From Camelus dromedarius (lineage: Eukaryota), in the NCBI RefSeq assembly GCF_036321535.1, contig NC_087436.1, forward strand, positions 84,570,001-84,634,000: 64,000 nucleotides of DNA, given 5' to 3'. The notes under the pieces were generated by a model. It searched no databases, was not told where the DNA came from, and saw nothing but the letters and a program-made list of their open reading frames with translations. The position numbers and the translations under genes are program-made. This document shows positions 49,713 through 64,000 of the stretch, in pieces (position 1 is the stretch's first letter; the number at the start of each line of letters is the position of its first letter).

Positions 49713-52700
49713 CATGGAAGCCCACTTACTGCGGTGGTAGCAATTTAGCGCTTGTCTTTCATTCCATGTTAAACACTTAGGCTTGAACCCTCACCACCCC
49801 ATCTCGATTCATTTCCTTCCTATACATGTTTGGCACCACATCTTGGGGACTGACTGGGAAGATGAATCTTACTGTGATCCTTCAGTGGACCCAGAGTATA
49901 GATCTCCAGGTAAACTTCTTTGGATAAATCGAAAAGCGGACAGTTTCCATTTGCCATGACCACATACAGGATGTTTCATAGCCCCTGCTGACTGTGGGGT
50001 CCGTCCCCCAAAAACGAGTGTTAAGATCAGTTTCCAGTATTTCAAGTTCTCAGTCCAGCAATCAGGAAGACTGGATGTCAGGACCACATTGCCAGGATTC
50101 ATTCACTTCTGCAAGTCATGATGCCTGTGACCTGCCACTTGAACAGATTGTAACAGAGAAACTGCAGCTGAATTACTCGGAAGGTTTCTGCCCGGGGGTG
50201 GTAACTGTGCTGCTGGCTCTGGCCACATAGAATTAGGTTTCTGCCTGGGTGGCTTCAGCTTTGCAGACAGACACCACACAGTCACTTTGAGCAGTGCATT
50301 TGCAGCCTGTTCTCAATAGCAACTGGCAAGAAAAGCCATGACACCAGTTTTGGTGACTCTCAGTGGACAGCAGGACCTGAGCAGTGATACTTTTCTCCTT
50401 TTCCTCCTCTAAGGCCCCCAGTCTGACATCAGGGTGCAGTAGGAATGACCTGGACTTCAGGCCAGGACAGCCACATTCCAGTCTCAGCTGTATGTGAAAT
50501 TATACTGTGAAGTTCAAAAAAAAAAAAAAAGGATACAAATTACCTCCTTCCCTTTCTCCTCCACCTCCAGGCACTAGCAGGAGAACAGAAATTCGATTCC
50601 TTCATCTTTTGCCTTCCCCAGCCTCTTATCTAACAGAACTTATGGGAACGCATAGGTGCAAAACATACACCCAAAGCTTTGGGACTGGAGCTGTAAAAAA
50701 AACTGTCAGCACGTGGAAATATCACAGATGCCTTATTCACAGGAGTCAGGCTCAAGGGTTGAAATCCACCCTTTCGGCCTTCCAGATCTTATAATTTTCT
50801 ACCATTCCTCTGAATAGAAAACACTTAGCTAAACCACAAGTTCTGGAAATCTGTAATGTTGCTACTACTATTAATTTTCATCTGTTTTCCTTTCACTATG
50901 AAACTTCAGAGGCAAGTGGTCTTTACTACCTTTCATTCATCTCAGCATTGTTCTCTCCTTAACCCTCCAAATCACTCCTGATCCCGCCCTTCTACTCAAA
51001 CTGCACTTCTGAAAGTCACTAATGATCTGAGTCCAAACAGGTCTGTGCTCAAGTCACAACTGTCGCAACACTCACCACCCTCCCACCGACAGCCGCTAAT
51101 ATAGGATGCTGTCAACTGGACCCGCTACATGAAATTGTCTGTTTCTTCAGGTTCCTTGAAAACTGCGTCTTCTGATCACTTTTAACCCTCTTTTCCCCCT
51201 CCATTGATAAATCTTCAAGGCAAAGCAAATATTCCATAGTTTTCCTACTGTCATTTTACCTTTTTGTTCTCCATCATTGTCCATGCCTGGGTAGTTTTTT
51301 GGGTTTTTTTTAATCTTACCTGTTCCTTTCCTTGATGCCTCTTTAATCTGTTCTCTGTCAGCATCCTAATTTTCATTTGCTCGTGTCTGTCTTGCTGCAA
51401 TATCATGTTACTCAGTTTGTCTGCTCTGCTATTCCCTAAATATTACTGCCAGATTAATTCAGGAAACTGCTTGCATTAAGTTACTCCCTTTCTACGAAAC
51501 ATGCAATGACTCCCCATTATTTATTTCAGAATATTTCTAGCTGAGCCTGGCATTCAAGACCCCCTCACCCAAAAACCTGGCCCCACTTAATCTATCCAAG
51601 CTATTTCTCTTACCTAACATCTACCATCCCCCACCCCATCACAAATTATCTCCTCTGGGCAAATCAGTGTCCTTGCATCCCACAAATAGTCAGGATGAGT
51701 CTCAACTCTAAGCCTTCCTTACTTTCAATGAGCAGCATAGAAAAACACTTGGTTTTCCCTGGACCTTCCATTTAACATTCCTACTACCTCTGTGACCACC
51801 ATTCCCAGCAGAGCCACAGCGCACGCATACTCCCGGCAAGGAGCCTGCAATCTTCAGGACTAACTGGACTCTACCAGGAAGTGTTACTCCACTCAAACCA
51901 GAAAGCATACGATAGGCAGGGAGTGGCAAACCAAGTGATGAAGAGTCCTCTGTGTTTGTAAAGTTGGCATTCTTTGCAACAGGAGAGTCTTCTGTTACAG
52001 AGGGTGGAGGAGGAAGAGCAGGGAAAAGGAAGGCTTTTTGTTCCGCTGCTCAGTGAAACTATAAACAGAACCTGAGCATCATAGACTGAACTCATTCAAT
52101 TCTTTGCAATAAAGTAGCTCACCAGATAAATACCCCTGCTGGTTGCTTGAATTACAGGTGAGTAAACGAATCTGTTTCTTTATTTCAGCTTCTCAAAGGC
52201 AACGGTTCAAAAGCACCTCTTAGGGAATAAACTTCATCTCTCTGATATTTGGTCAGAGAATAAATGGCTATTTATTTCCTATATTCTTAAAAGGAAAATC
52301 TAGGGTTCAGGCATGAGAGGATAGGCTTAGTATGGGATCAGGAACCTGTTCACCTATTCACCAGGTATGGAAGGTAGAGCTTTGAGATAGATGGCCAACA
52401 ATCTTTCCTTCTGAGACTATGTACTATTACTTAAGCTAATGCTAGGAAGCCGTGATTCTCGATCAGATGATGAAAATTATTTATACTTCGACATAATTCT
52501 AAGACGACAATCCTCAAATACGTAAGGCTCTCCTGAATTTCCAATTCTCCTATTTTCACTTTCCCATATCTTTTTCACCTCATTTTATCTCATAAAGTAC
52601 TTTCTGACTTAACTCAACTCTGGTCTCCTTTGATGGGATTTGAGAATACAGTAGAAAATCTTCCCTGATTCAGCTATGGAAAAAAAAAAAAAGACAAAAA

Positions 52701-54320
52701 CCAACATCTCTCTCCATCTGTTCATTTGCTCTCTAGCCTTGGGAATAGACTTCTGCTGATCCATCCACATTCCAGCCCCTGATGAATCCTAGCAGTCTCA
52801 GTAATGCCTCTGTGGTATGTCCCACCAACATAGGCAGTCTTTAACCCCTCAAAACTTGATTTTATATGCCGGGCTGTAAAGTCAGCTGTGGAAATGCCGA
52901 TGGCCTTTTCCTACAGAAACTATGTGATAAATGACCATGAGGCTCCCAGACTAGCTTTCATGCTGAATTATCCGTATCACTGCAGTAGTGTGACAGGGAC
53001 CAGAAGTCTTTCTGTGTTCCTGCATCCCCTTGATCTCAAGGAAGGTGGGAAAGGGATGGTTCCAGTTTCTTCTACGTCTTTCCAGGGATCCTTTGTATAT
53101 ACAACCTATATGTGCATGCCCTCAACTCTTTCTCCCTTTCTTTTTCTTGACACAGAAATTAGATGTAATACACACTGTCCCACACATTTCTAATTTCCCT
53201 TACAAGGTGCTTTGGAAGTCGTTGCATATCAGTATAATGTAGATTGGCATCTTCTTTTTAATAGTGCTGTGGATGTAACCTGGCTTACTTAAAAATTAAA
53301 GTAATTTATAAATGTATTAATAATTTAACCAATTATATAATTAAATATAAAATTCCTTTTTTCATTGTAAAAGCAGGAAATAACAACAACCACAAAAGAA
53401 AAATTAAGATGTTAAAAAAAAGAATCCACAATCCCACTAAACCATGTTGGTTTAGTTCTTTCAAGAGAGCGTTTTTAAAGTCTGGTGGATGGACTGCTCA
53501 CCCCAGAATCACCTTGGATGCCTGTCAAACGGGCAGATTCCAGGGCACTGTCACACATTCATTAAATCAGAATTTCTGAGTAGGAGGCCTTAGCATTGCA
53601 AGATTTACAGCTGAAGTCTGAAAACTGTTACTTGAAGGCCTTTGCCTTTAAAAAAATTTTTTTTTAAATTATAGTTTACATGCAATTTTGTATTGTCACT
53701 TTTTTCAATTTTTAAGTTAATATTTTATAATAAGCATTTTTCCATGTTGCTAAATTGTCCTCACTATCATCATTTTAATCACTTGCTTACTATTCCATTG
53801 CATAGTGTTTCTTTTTTTTTTCCATTGCATAGTGTTTCTTAATTTACTTATCTGTTCATCTGTTGTAGGACATTTAGGATCATTCATATTTTACCCTCAT
53901 AATTCTTGCTTTTTCATATTGTCCTTTGAAATAAGTAAGTTGTTAAGAGGCAAAGCTAATACTTACAAATACATTATTCAGTGAGAGTCCACCTATCACA
54001 ACTTTGCATTTAAAGCAAGTTTATAGAAGCCTGCCATGTCCACAGCACTGGAGAACAACCAAGATGAGAAATTCAAAACTGTACCTGTCAAGGAGTTTAA
54101 AATCTATTAGAGAGTTTACAATCTAGAAATAATCAGCCGAAGTTCCACTGGATCTGTTGGTCTTGCCAGGGCTTGAGTTTTAATGCTTCCGAGGTAGCTA
54201 CTCCTATGATTTGTATTTCACAGAGGAAGAACTGAAGCTTGGCATAAATCAAGCCACTTGCCCAGCATCACACAGTAAGTGTAAGAATTGAGATTTGAAC
54301 CTGGACAGTATGACTCTAAG

Positions 54321-54505
54321 GCAGGGACTGGCAAACTTCTTCTGTAAAGGGCCAGATGGTACTTATTTTAGGCTCGGGGCCCAGACGTTCCCTGATAAAA
54401 GTACACAACTCTGCTGTTGCAGAGAAAAAGCATCCACAGAGGGTACTTTAATAAATGGGCGTGTCTCAGTGCCAATAACTTAACTTGCCAAAAACAGGCT
54501 CTGCT
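54321..54505. mobile_element. MER58-like hAT MITE
   Basis: cagggactggcaaacttcttctgtaaagggccagat terminus. Confidence 0.75.
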
Positions 54506-55207
54506 CTAAGACATATAGTCTTTATTCCCAGGCTATTATGCTGCCTCATTCAGCCAAACTGATACACTCAGCATCTTCTGTGTGCAAGGGAAATGCACAA
54601 ATGAGGCTGCAAAATGGATAAAATCAGTCTCTTCCCTCCAAAAGCTCCAAGATGAGAAAAAGCTCATGTGACTTTAAGTGAGACATTTAACCTCTGTCAA
54701 TGAGTCCATTTTAAAGCTATGAATATTGATAATATTTCCCTCAGACAACACAGATGTTGTGAAGATTGATGAGACAGTTTACGTATTCTGATTTACTCAG
54801 CTGAATGTCTTTTTCTTATGTTAAATCGATGCTTGCTCTTTAATCATCCCAAAGAAGATGAGTAAATAAACCAGTCTACCCTGTGCTCACACAAGCGTCC
54901 CCTTATGTTAGCAAACTAGCCATTTTTATCTAGTTTGATTGCAACACACTTTATTTTTAGGAACCACCTTTAAAACTTATGTTACATGAAATTTTCTACT
55001 GGGACCAAATAGTTTTTTAAGTATTTATTTCTTAACACAACAGGAAGAAAAAAAATCTGTATAATTAAGAAACACTGCGATTTGTACTCAGCAAGGTACA
55101 TAGCCACAATATCTTCCTGTTATTCAGATTTTTCTGAGTTATAAAAGTCCCCTGCATGTACCTCATGGGCATTCTGACACTTGTGGAGTTTCTGTAACAA
55201 AAGACAC

Positions 55208-55452
55208 TATATATAAAAATAGATTTAGAAAAAAGTTTCTTCTGTATAGCACAGGGAACTATGTTCAATATCTTGTAATAACCTTTAATGAAAAAGAGTA
55301 TGAAAACAAATACTTGTGTGTATATGCATGACTGGGACACTGCGCTGTACACCAGAGACTGACGCATTATAACTGACTGTACTTCAATTAAAAATAAATG
55401 AAATAAAAATAATAATAATAAATAAAAATAAAAACAAATTAAAAAATAAAAA
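55208..55452 (+). mobile_element. Young L1 3' end, same subfamily as the copy at 8130
   Basis: gtatagcacagggaactatgttcaatatcttgtaataacctttaatg plus A-rich tail. Confidence 0.85.
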
Positions 55453-55544
55453 CATTAGATTAAAAAATAGGTAGGAAGAATCAGTCATTTACTCTTAGGG
55501 GGTAAAGAGGGTAATTTTTAAATGCTCAAAAAAGAAATTTTAAA

Positions 55545-55885
55545 TTACTCAGAAATAAAAAGGAAGGAAATACTGACGCACGTTACGATGTGGATAAATC
55601 TCAAAAGCATGATGTTGAGTGAAAAGAACCAAACACAAAAGGCTGAGTACTGGATGATGCCACTTACATGACACTTGGGAAAGAGCAAAACCATACAGAC
55701 ATCTTTCGGATCAGTGGTTGCCAGGGGCTGGGGACAGGAGGAGGGGACTGACGGTAAAGGGGCATGAGGGGACCTTTTGGAGGAACAGAAATGTTCTACA
55801 CTTTGATTGTGATATCATCGCATTGTTCAAGGTGTAGTTGAAAAAGGATGAAGTCCACTGTATATCAACTAGACCTCAATAAATC
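55545..55885 (+). mobile_element. L1M 3' UTR fragment
   Basis: tcagtggttgccaggggctggg motif and AATAAA. Confidence 0.75.
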
Positions 55886-56928
55886 TGTCCAAAGCTGTTA
55901 CAGGGTTCCTCGGGCAAAGATAAATAGTGAACAGGACTAAAAGGTTCCGATAAATTGCTCTTCAGGTTAAATTCAGAACAGGAGCTAACACTGCGATTTG
56001 GGTCAGAGGCACTTCATTTGTTTCCTCTCAAAGACAGCACAGCGGGCACCTGGGCACAGGGCCAGTCTCCCAAAGCAAGTGGGAGGAAAGAGAAAACACT
56101 CCGGCAGTTAGAAGGTCCTCACCCAGATGGCAGTTTCTGGCCATTCTTCACAGACTCCTGAGAAACTCTTGTTTCACTGTGTGAAGGAAATTGAGGTAAA
56201 TTTATCACTTTCTGCTATGTTCAGTCCGCCCCACATCTACACCTCAACCTGCCCAGAGAAAAGCAAAGTGCCAACTGCAGGCACTTGAGTGCTGCTCTCA
56301 GTCTTGTTTCTAGGGCTTGCCAGTTGAGGACAACCCACTGACATACCTGCTGAGCACTTGACCAGCAGACTCATAACAGCGAACAAGGCCCACGTCCCTG
56401 CTCTCCTGGAGCTTACATTCTAAAGGATGGCCAACAGCTCACATTTACTGAGTGCTTGCTATGTACGAGGTGCCACGGGGACTGACGTTTAATTTATGCA
56501 ACTATGGAGCACAGAGGCTATTATTTTAACTTCCATGTTAAGGTGAAGAGACTGAAGCCCTGTGAGTTAAGTAACTTGTCCCAGGATATGCAGCTAGTAA
56601 GCAGCAGAATCTGGGTTGAAACCCAGGCAAACTCACTCCTCAGTCTGTGCCCTCAGCCTCTCTGAGCAGTGGACAGGTCAGCAGAAAGGCTGTCCTTATT
56701 GGGTCCCAGAACATCAGTGCTAGATGCCTTAGGAAATATCTGCAAAAATCAAATAAAGCTATCCCATTTATGTAGAAACAGGGCTACCTCATGAGATAAA
56801 AGGTCAAACATCATTAACAGACAATTTACCAGAAAAAAAGAAATATGAACTAACATATCTACAAAAAATGAATACCTTGTAATCAAAGAAATAAAGCAAT
56901 CAAATGAGATTTTAATAGTTTGCTTCTT

Positions 56929-57050
56929 TTTTGGGAGGGTAATTAGGTTTATTTCTTTTTATTTATTTTTTAACAGAGATACTGGGGATTGAACCCAGGA
57001 CCTCATGCATGCTAAGTATATGCTCTACAATTGAGCTTTACCCCTCTGCT
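56929..57050 (-). mobile_element. Vic-1-like SINE
   Basis: Antisense head; flanking repeat tttgcttctt. Confidence 0.88.
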
Positions 57051-58474
57051 CAATATTTTGCTTCTTACATTAGCAAGCAAAGAGTTCAAATGGAGACCTC
57101 TGTGATGAATGTGCTGCTAATGGAAATATAAATTAATACAGTTTGGAAGGCAGTTTGCATTCTGAACCATAAACATATTAATTCCTCTTAACCAGGTTTT
57201 CCACTTTTATGACTTTATCTTTAGGAAATAATCCAAAATATGGGAAAAGTTATGTGCAGCAAAGATATTTGTTTCAGTGAGTGGTATTTAAATTGATAAA
57301 TTTATAACAATATTTATTATGTATACAATTTATTCAATTTAGCAATCTAAGCATAAAAATAAAAAAATAAAGCAACACCTACACACCTCTTTTCCAAAAT
57401 TGTGCTTTTCAACAAAGCAGGTAGTTGCAGTTTCACCTGCCCTGGTTAGGCTGTAGTTAGTATCAGCTTAAGGAACGCATAAGCAGAAGTGTGTCAAAAC
57501 ACAAAGTATCGATAGTTTAAAAAGGAAGAGATTTCATTTGCCAGGAATGGGAAGTGTCTGGTGGGCATATGTGATAAAATCATTCTTGGGCCCCAAATTA
57601 TATCAGTCTGTGTGGCTCTTTTTTCTCATCCCCAAATGCCAGAAGAAAATGGTTTTCTTTCAGTGGTTCCTCTTAATTTTACACATTGCCTAAGCATGTA
57701 AATGTACGCAAAAGCAAAATGCTATTTTAGTCCTTCCTGATATAATCACTTTCATTAAGTGACCTTCCTATAGAAACAAACATCTCATGCTGTGTTACCC
57801 CTCCAAATCCAAAGACTGAGAACTAGTTATTACAATCACCAGGAATAATGAACATTTTTCACTTAATTGCTTTCTTCATAGACATTAATGGCTTGTTTTT
57901 TTTTAAACTACAGATCTTGTTTAGGATGAGGAATATTTCGGTAGTTATCTTACTGTATCCAGAACCCCCAGGGAGCCTTCATCTAGAGTCCTTTACCTTC
58001 CTCCTGCACTAGTGACCAGCATCAGGATGTACATGAGTCACGAGTAAATCTGCACAAAGTATTCTGGTCTAGTTGATGAACTGCAGGAGTTTCAAATGGC
58101 AGACGCACAGGGCACAGAGAGTGAAGCTGGACAGGCAGGCAGAGGTGGAGACTAAAAACTTACCATGTAACAAGTGCATGTATGCTCGTCAAATCATTTC
58201 ATTTTTATAGTACCTGGGAAAGGCAGACATACTTTCATCAGTAAAATGAGGAAACTGAGGTTCCCAAGGTTTAAGCAGCTTGCCCAAAGTCACATATCTG
58301 ATAAAGGGCAAAAGCAGGATTCAAACCTGGATTCGGTGCACAGTCTCTCTCTATTTGGTGTCCTTACTGATCTGCCATGCAGCACCTGTCTTCTGTAGAA
58401 GGAGTCATGTCTTCTGTACAGTCTGTTCTATTTAATAAGAACTTATAAGTAGCTTGCTTTAATAACCAGGCAGT

Positions 58475-58767
58475 GAATAATAAATGTTGGAGAGGTGTGG
58501 AGAAAAAGGAACCCTCCTACGCTGGTGGTGGGAATGTAAATTGGTGCAGCCACTATGGAAAACACTATGGAGATTCCTTAAAAAACTAAAAATAGATTTA
58601 CCACATGATCCAGCAATACCACTCCTGAGCATATATCCAGCAAAGACGAAAAGTCTAATTTGAAAAGATACATGCACCTCAATGTTCACAGCAGCTCTAT
58701 TTACAATAGCCAAGACATGGAAGCAACCTAAATGTCTGTCAACGGATGACTGGATAAAAAAATTGTG

Positions 58768-58807
<40 letters not shown>

Positions 58808-59270
58808 GAATATTACTCAGCCACAAAAATAATTAAATAATGCCGTTTGCAGCAACATGAGTGGACCTAGAGATTATTATACTAAGTGAAGTAAGTCATA
58901 GAAAGACAAATATCGTATGATATCACATATGTGAAATCTAAAAAAATGACACAAATGAACTTATTTACAGAACAGAAACCAACTCACAGACATAGAAAAC
59001 AAATTTATAGTTACCAAAGGGGAAAGGGGGGTAGGGGAGGGATAAATTAGGAGTTTGGGATTAATGGATACACACTACTATATATACAACAGATAAATAA
59101 TAAAGACCTACTGGATAGCACAGGGAACTATATTCAATTCCTTATAATAACCTATAATGGAAAAGAGTCTGAAAAAGTATATATAGATATATATATAACT
59201 GAATTACTTTGCTGTACACCTGAAACATTATAAATCAACTGTACTTCAGTAAAAACAAGCAAACAACAAG
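58475..59270 (+). mobile_element. 5'-truncated L1 (ORF2 end plus 3' UTR) with internal (CA)n
   Basis: gtgggaatgtaaattggtgcagccactatggaaaac; (CA)n at ~58769-58803. Confidence 0.92.
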
Positions 59271-61804
59271 CAGGTAGCAAAACAGTATGAAACTATTCCC
59301 TGTTCAAAATATAGAATGGTTAAAAATATCAAAATATAGGAGTGACTCAGCTATGACTTTTCTGGTATGGCTGCTTTTGATAGCGTTTCTGTAATAAACA
59401 TGCATTGATTTTTATACAAAGGGAAATTTCAATAAAAGTTATTAATATTTGTAAAGTCCAGGATAAGTGCACAGGTACTATGCAGCACTGTGTCTGGGAG
59501 GTTGAAGAGGCTCCTAGGGTTAGTTAGGAATGTGTGCGATGACGGTATTTGGACAGGCCGAGTACATTTAGAAAGGTTTTGTATAGCTTTACTAAGGAGA
59601 CCCTCTCCCAAGAAAGAGGAGAAAACGCACTAGAGGTATGGCAGTAAGTGTGAGAATCTTTTTCTCTTCTGTGAATATTAATGACAATTTTCCTCCTTTT
59701 TCATAATAACATCATAACAGGACTTTAAGAGTATTTCCTCCCCAGAGGGGTGAGCAATCACAACACTATAATGTAACAACTTCTACCACACAATATACAA
59801 CATGCAGCTACTTCTGCACAGGGGAGGTGGGCAGTGGTCCAGAGAAATGACTTTGGGCTGAATATGAAGAAAGTATCAGATTTCTGCCAGCTGAGGAAGC
59901 AAGAAAGAAGACAAAAAAAGAGCATTTAAGGTTTGGAGGAGTAAGAGTGCAAGCTTGTGTTTCCCTGAAGTTCAAGTAATACTGAAAAAGAAGCTGTGCT
60001 GAAATGGTTCTCAATCTTTCATCAATATGTGACTTTAGAATTCAGCCAGAATCCTTCCAGAGCTGACTGATGGTAGTGCCAGCTCTGTGACATCACCCTG
60101 ATGGATGTGGCACTTTGCTGTCACCTTGTGATACACATTCTTCTCTCTCCTGTTGACACATCATCACAAAGGTGACAGCCAGCCATAAAGATAAGGCATT
60201 ATATCCCCCTAAAACAAATATCAAGTAGACAAGTTATAGGTCTTAGACAGAGATTTATCTTCTTCTACAAAATGCTAATAAAATGGTTGCCAATCGAGCT
60301 GAAATGATTACAACTCCCCCAAAACGTTCTTTTTTGAGAATAACAGACAGAACACAAACAAGGTGTACCTTTGCCCAAGCACTTTCCTTTGAGGAAGCCA
60401 TAAAAAAACATTAATTTACTCAGAGGATTTTCTGTATGGCCCAAGAGGCTTTCAGGCAAAAGCACTATTTTAGCAAACGGAAAGAACACAAAAGTAGGCG
60501 GCTTATTTTCAGAAAACTACATCTGCTTGATCCAAACATTTTAATGAACCTATTTATAACGTAGGATGCACAGAGACAACACAGAGGAACTGCACTTGGT
60601 AGTTTTACTTGCCCTGTGGAGAAGAGATTCTTCCTACTCAGTGTCAGCAGACAAACTTAAAGAACTCTGTGTGAGTAGCTGTTTTTAGGACGGTAAGGAT
60701 GCATGCATGTGTATTTATTTACAATTTACCTCATTGCATAGGGATTTGGGGTAGTTTTCAGCAAGTACATGTGTAACCAAGTAACAGTAAAATATTAATA
60801 GACATTGTAAAGTCTAGGCTGGGAAAACTTAAGTGACAGTAGAAATTCAAAACCACTGAACTGAAAGACACAAATACACATGCTATAATTAAACTCCAGG
60901 CAGTCAAAATGAAAAAAGAGGCACAATTGGTCCCATCATTCTCAAGAGCAGAAAAGAGGAGGCGCGCAACACTCAAGGAAAGCAGTTTCCCTAGCCCATG
61001 ATTTTCAAAGGCAATTCTCAAATGGAACACTCTTGCCAGGGTGGGGTGGAATGGGGGTGGAGGGACTGAACTGAGACAGTGACACTACCCTAAAACTTCA
61101 GTAATAAAAGTAGTAACTGATTTTATATGTTTTTATTTCCTTGTATCATCCTTTGATTTAAAAAAAAAAAAAAGGACAAAACATTAAAACTCAACTCCAG
61201 GAAGGGGATTCCTTAAGTGACTAAGGTAATTTTGCTCAGCAATGTTATTGACTGGCAGATTGAATGATAAGACTCAGGAGTTCAAAAAAAGAGTGGGTGG
61301 ATGACATTTCTTCCAGTCAGTCTTTCAGAGAATAGACACTACTCATTCATTCACTTGTCCATTCATTTTTTGAACTCGTTCTAGAAGCTGGGAATCAAGG
61401 TAGGTGCTGTGGATTCAAAGGCATAATGAGACACAATCCCAATGCTTGAAGAACTCATGGTTTGGTAAACTGATTTTCAAAGGTATTTTTTGTCAGGGCC
61501 CTTACTTCTCTAAGTTTTGACTGTAACTCTTCATGGCAACGTGGAAAGGATGATACAAAGAACAGTATTTTCCAGGCTTCACTAAAAGCATTTACTACAT
61601 GATTTCACTCTGTCTTCAATTTTTTTCCTCCATAAAGCTTATCATATTCACTCACTCATTTAACAGATATTTATTGAGTGCCTATTATTTCTAGACACTG
61701 CTTGACACTGAGTCACAGCCATAAAAAAACACAAACTAAAAAAAATCACTACCCTTATGGAAAGAATACATTCTAGGAGATAATGATACATACCAGGCAG
61801 AGTT

Positions 61805-61990
61805 CTAAGCTACTTACGTATATTAATTTAATCCCCACAATAAGCCAAGAAATAAAGGTATTATTACTATTTCCATTTTACAGATTAGAAAACTGAGGGC
61901 AAGGTAAGGTTAAATATTAAACTGAGAATAAATGGTAGAGCACGGATTTCAAGCAGTCTGGCCCCAGAGTCCGTGTCCCTAAGCACTGCA
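61805..61990 (-). mobile_element. MIR SINE
   Basis: Core cattttacagattagaaaactgagg. Confidence 0.75.
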
Positions 61991-62759
61991 GCGTCTGTTC
62001 TTAACAGCAGGGGCTCAGGAAATCTCTGTTGAGTGAATGAACAGAAGAGGGGAGGGCAGAAAGGTCAGAGAAAAAGTCAGGAAGAATGTTACAAAGATTG
62101 ATCAGATCCTTACATTTGTGCAGAAAACCTTAACAGTCACAAAGTACTTTTAAATGAAACATTATTGAAGCTTCATGAGCATTCTGTGAGGTATATATTC
62201 CAGACCTCTTTACTCAGAGGAGACGGAGCCTATCCCCAGGTCACACGGTTGACAAGTGATGATATCAGGTCTCCTGAGCTCCTTCTAACGGGCCTCAGAG
62301 GTGGGAGTGGCAAACTCAACTTGAGATGACAAGGAAGGCTTCCCAGGGGAAAAGGCATTGAGCTGCACCTTTAAGTGAATCAATGGGATTTTAATGTCAC
62401 TTCTGAAAGACTAAGGAAATCAAGAAAACCAAAGTGCTAAGCAAACAGTATGAACTCAATAAATCTATGAAGCAAAATACATTAATCTCCATGGGTTCAC
62501 AAATCAGAATGCTGATATGAAAGGCAAATTTGAATGGAGAGAATTCTCAGGTCCTTAAGAGATCAAACGATTGGTCCATGTAGTTATCACAGTTAGGTCC
62601 CTTTAAATTTTTAGTGCCTTAGAAATGTACTATTCCTAGAAGAGAAACTAACACAATTTAACATTAATCATTATGCAGCACTGTTCTAAAAAAGCACACA
62701 CAAAAATGTGTCAACCAACAACTTGTGCTTATTCTCAAATTTCCTAGACTGCAGATGCC

Positions 62760-62955
62760 TTCAAACCTAGATGCCTGGGTTTGAAGCCTGGCTCTGCTAG
62801 TTACGAGCTGTGTGGATTCAGGCCTCAGTTTCCACATCTGTAAAATGGAAGTAATTAATAATACCTACCTGATAGGATAACTGTGGGGACTTAATGAGTT
62901 AATAAATGTAAAGCACGTGAAAAAGTACCTGGCAAATAGCATTCAGTAAACATTT
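62760..62955 (+). mobile_element. MIR SINE
   Basis: Core gcctcagtttccacatctgtaaaatgg. Confidence 0.8.
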
Positions 62956-63069
62956 GCCAACGTGGTAAATTGTACTACTGTTTCCAAATACGTCAGTGCC
63001 CTTCCTGGCTCCTCAGGTATCCACAGGATGTCCCCTGGTATCTCCAGTGGTTCCATGTGGTTCACAAGA

Positions 63070-63410
63070 TCCTGGAGGAGGATTACTTCGCCCTCAACTC
63101 ATTGACAATGGACTTGGCCATGTGACTTGCCTTGGCCACTAGCCTACGAGAAGACATGACACAATGTCTGAGCAGAAGTTTTAGTAGGTGATGCATTTTC
63201 CACTGGCTCTCTCTTTTTCCCTCTGCCATGAGCACACTATGTCCCAGAAAGAAAGGCTGCTCCTTCAGCCTGGATCACAGAATGAAAAGATACAAGGAGC
63301 AGGAGCAGATTGAATGCCAATCTGTTAAAGACACAAGATGTAGGCAAGAAATAAACCTCTGCTCTTGCAAGCCACTGAAACTTGGGGGCTATTTGTTACC
63401 ATAGAACAGT
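63070..63410 (+). mobile_element. Old MLT1-type LTR
   Basis: ttggccatgtgacttgccttggcca ... aataaacctct..aagccactga motifs. Confidence 0.7.
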
Positions 63411-64000
63411 TGACTCAAATAGCAATTGTTATCATTACTATTAGATTAAATTTCTACTTTATCCAAAAAAATCAGTTTTGAAACACTTAAAAAAAAAAAT
63501 CACTGGGTAAAAATCCCAAATCTTCACAACAGATCTGAGTGGGTCTAACTGTTACAACTCTCTCTTAGAAAAGTAACTGGGTTCCCATTCTTCTCTGCTG
63601 CTTGTTTTCATTTTCCCTTTACCTAGTAATCACGTCCCCTGACAAAACCTTAGAGATAATGATAAGCCCTCTGCTCGGCTCAGTTTCCCGCTCTACATAC
63701 GCGTACAGTACATCCTCCTTGGGAGCCGTGATTTACAAAACGGAAGTTGGGAGACTGGCTCTGAGAGGCCTCTCTTATAAGCTCTATCGCCTTGAGAGAC
63801 AAGCTGTTTTCAATTTAAAGGTAAGAGAAGTCACTGATGCAGATTCCATCATGGTTTATTAATATTCTCATTGATCCTGTTTTCCTGTCTCAGCCTTTTG
63901 TAGTTTTGGAAAAATCAGCTTCTAAAAATCATTTTATTCTCTTACATCAACATTAGCATTTAATCTTCTTCTCTGTACCTCAAAAAAGGTGCATTTTCTC

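Noticed and set aside
58459..58803. 114-aa minus-strand ORF
   Set aside because: Antisense L1 plus (CA)n.
60550..60559. MEF2-like site CTATTTATAA in a repeat-poor stretch
   Set aside because: A single short motif in AT-rich DNA with no supporting evidence.
1..64000. CRISPR arrays, operons or other prokaryotic systems
   Set aside because: The sequence is clearly mammalian and has no repeat-spacer arrays.

Overview
AT-rich, repeat-dense mammalian DNA, most likely camelid (alpaca/llama/camel), based on 11 copies of a tRNA-derived Vic-1-like SINE and artiodactyl-type L1 3' ends. I see no intact protein-coding gene, and most ORF-track entries are noise or repeat-derived. The main discovery is a decayed, intron-containing gene on the minus strand (~33,000 to ~6,200, about 17 exon remnants). 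It has mostly canonical AG/GT splice sites and mostly compatible intron phases. Its conceptual translation is colinear with HMGXB3 (HMG box, Cys-rich motifs, Zisupton/KDZ-transposase-derived core), but it is far too divergent to be HMGXB3 and carries many stops and frameshifts. It therefore looks like a dead ancient HMGXB3 paralog. The HMGXB3 comparison uses my recollection of the human protein and needs confirming by alignment. The window also holds a four-level nested insertion (hAT fossil > SINE > antisense U6 fragment > L1 tail), an orphan poly(A) insertion with a TSD, and many L1/L2/MIR/MLT1/ERV1-LTR/MER fossils. Repeat boundaries are approximate unless TSDs are quoted.
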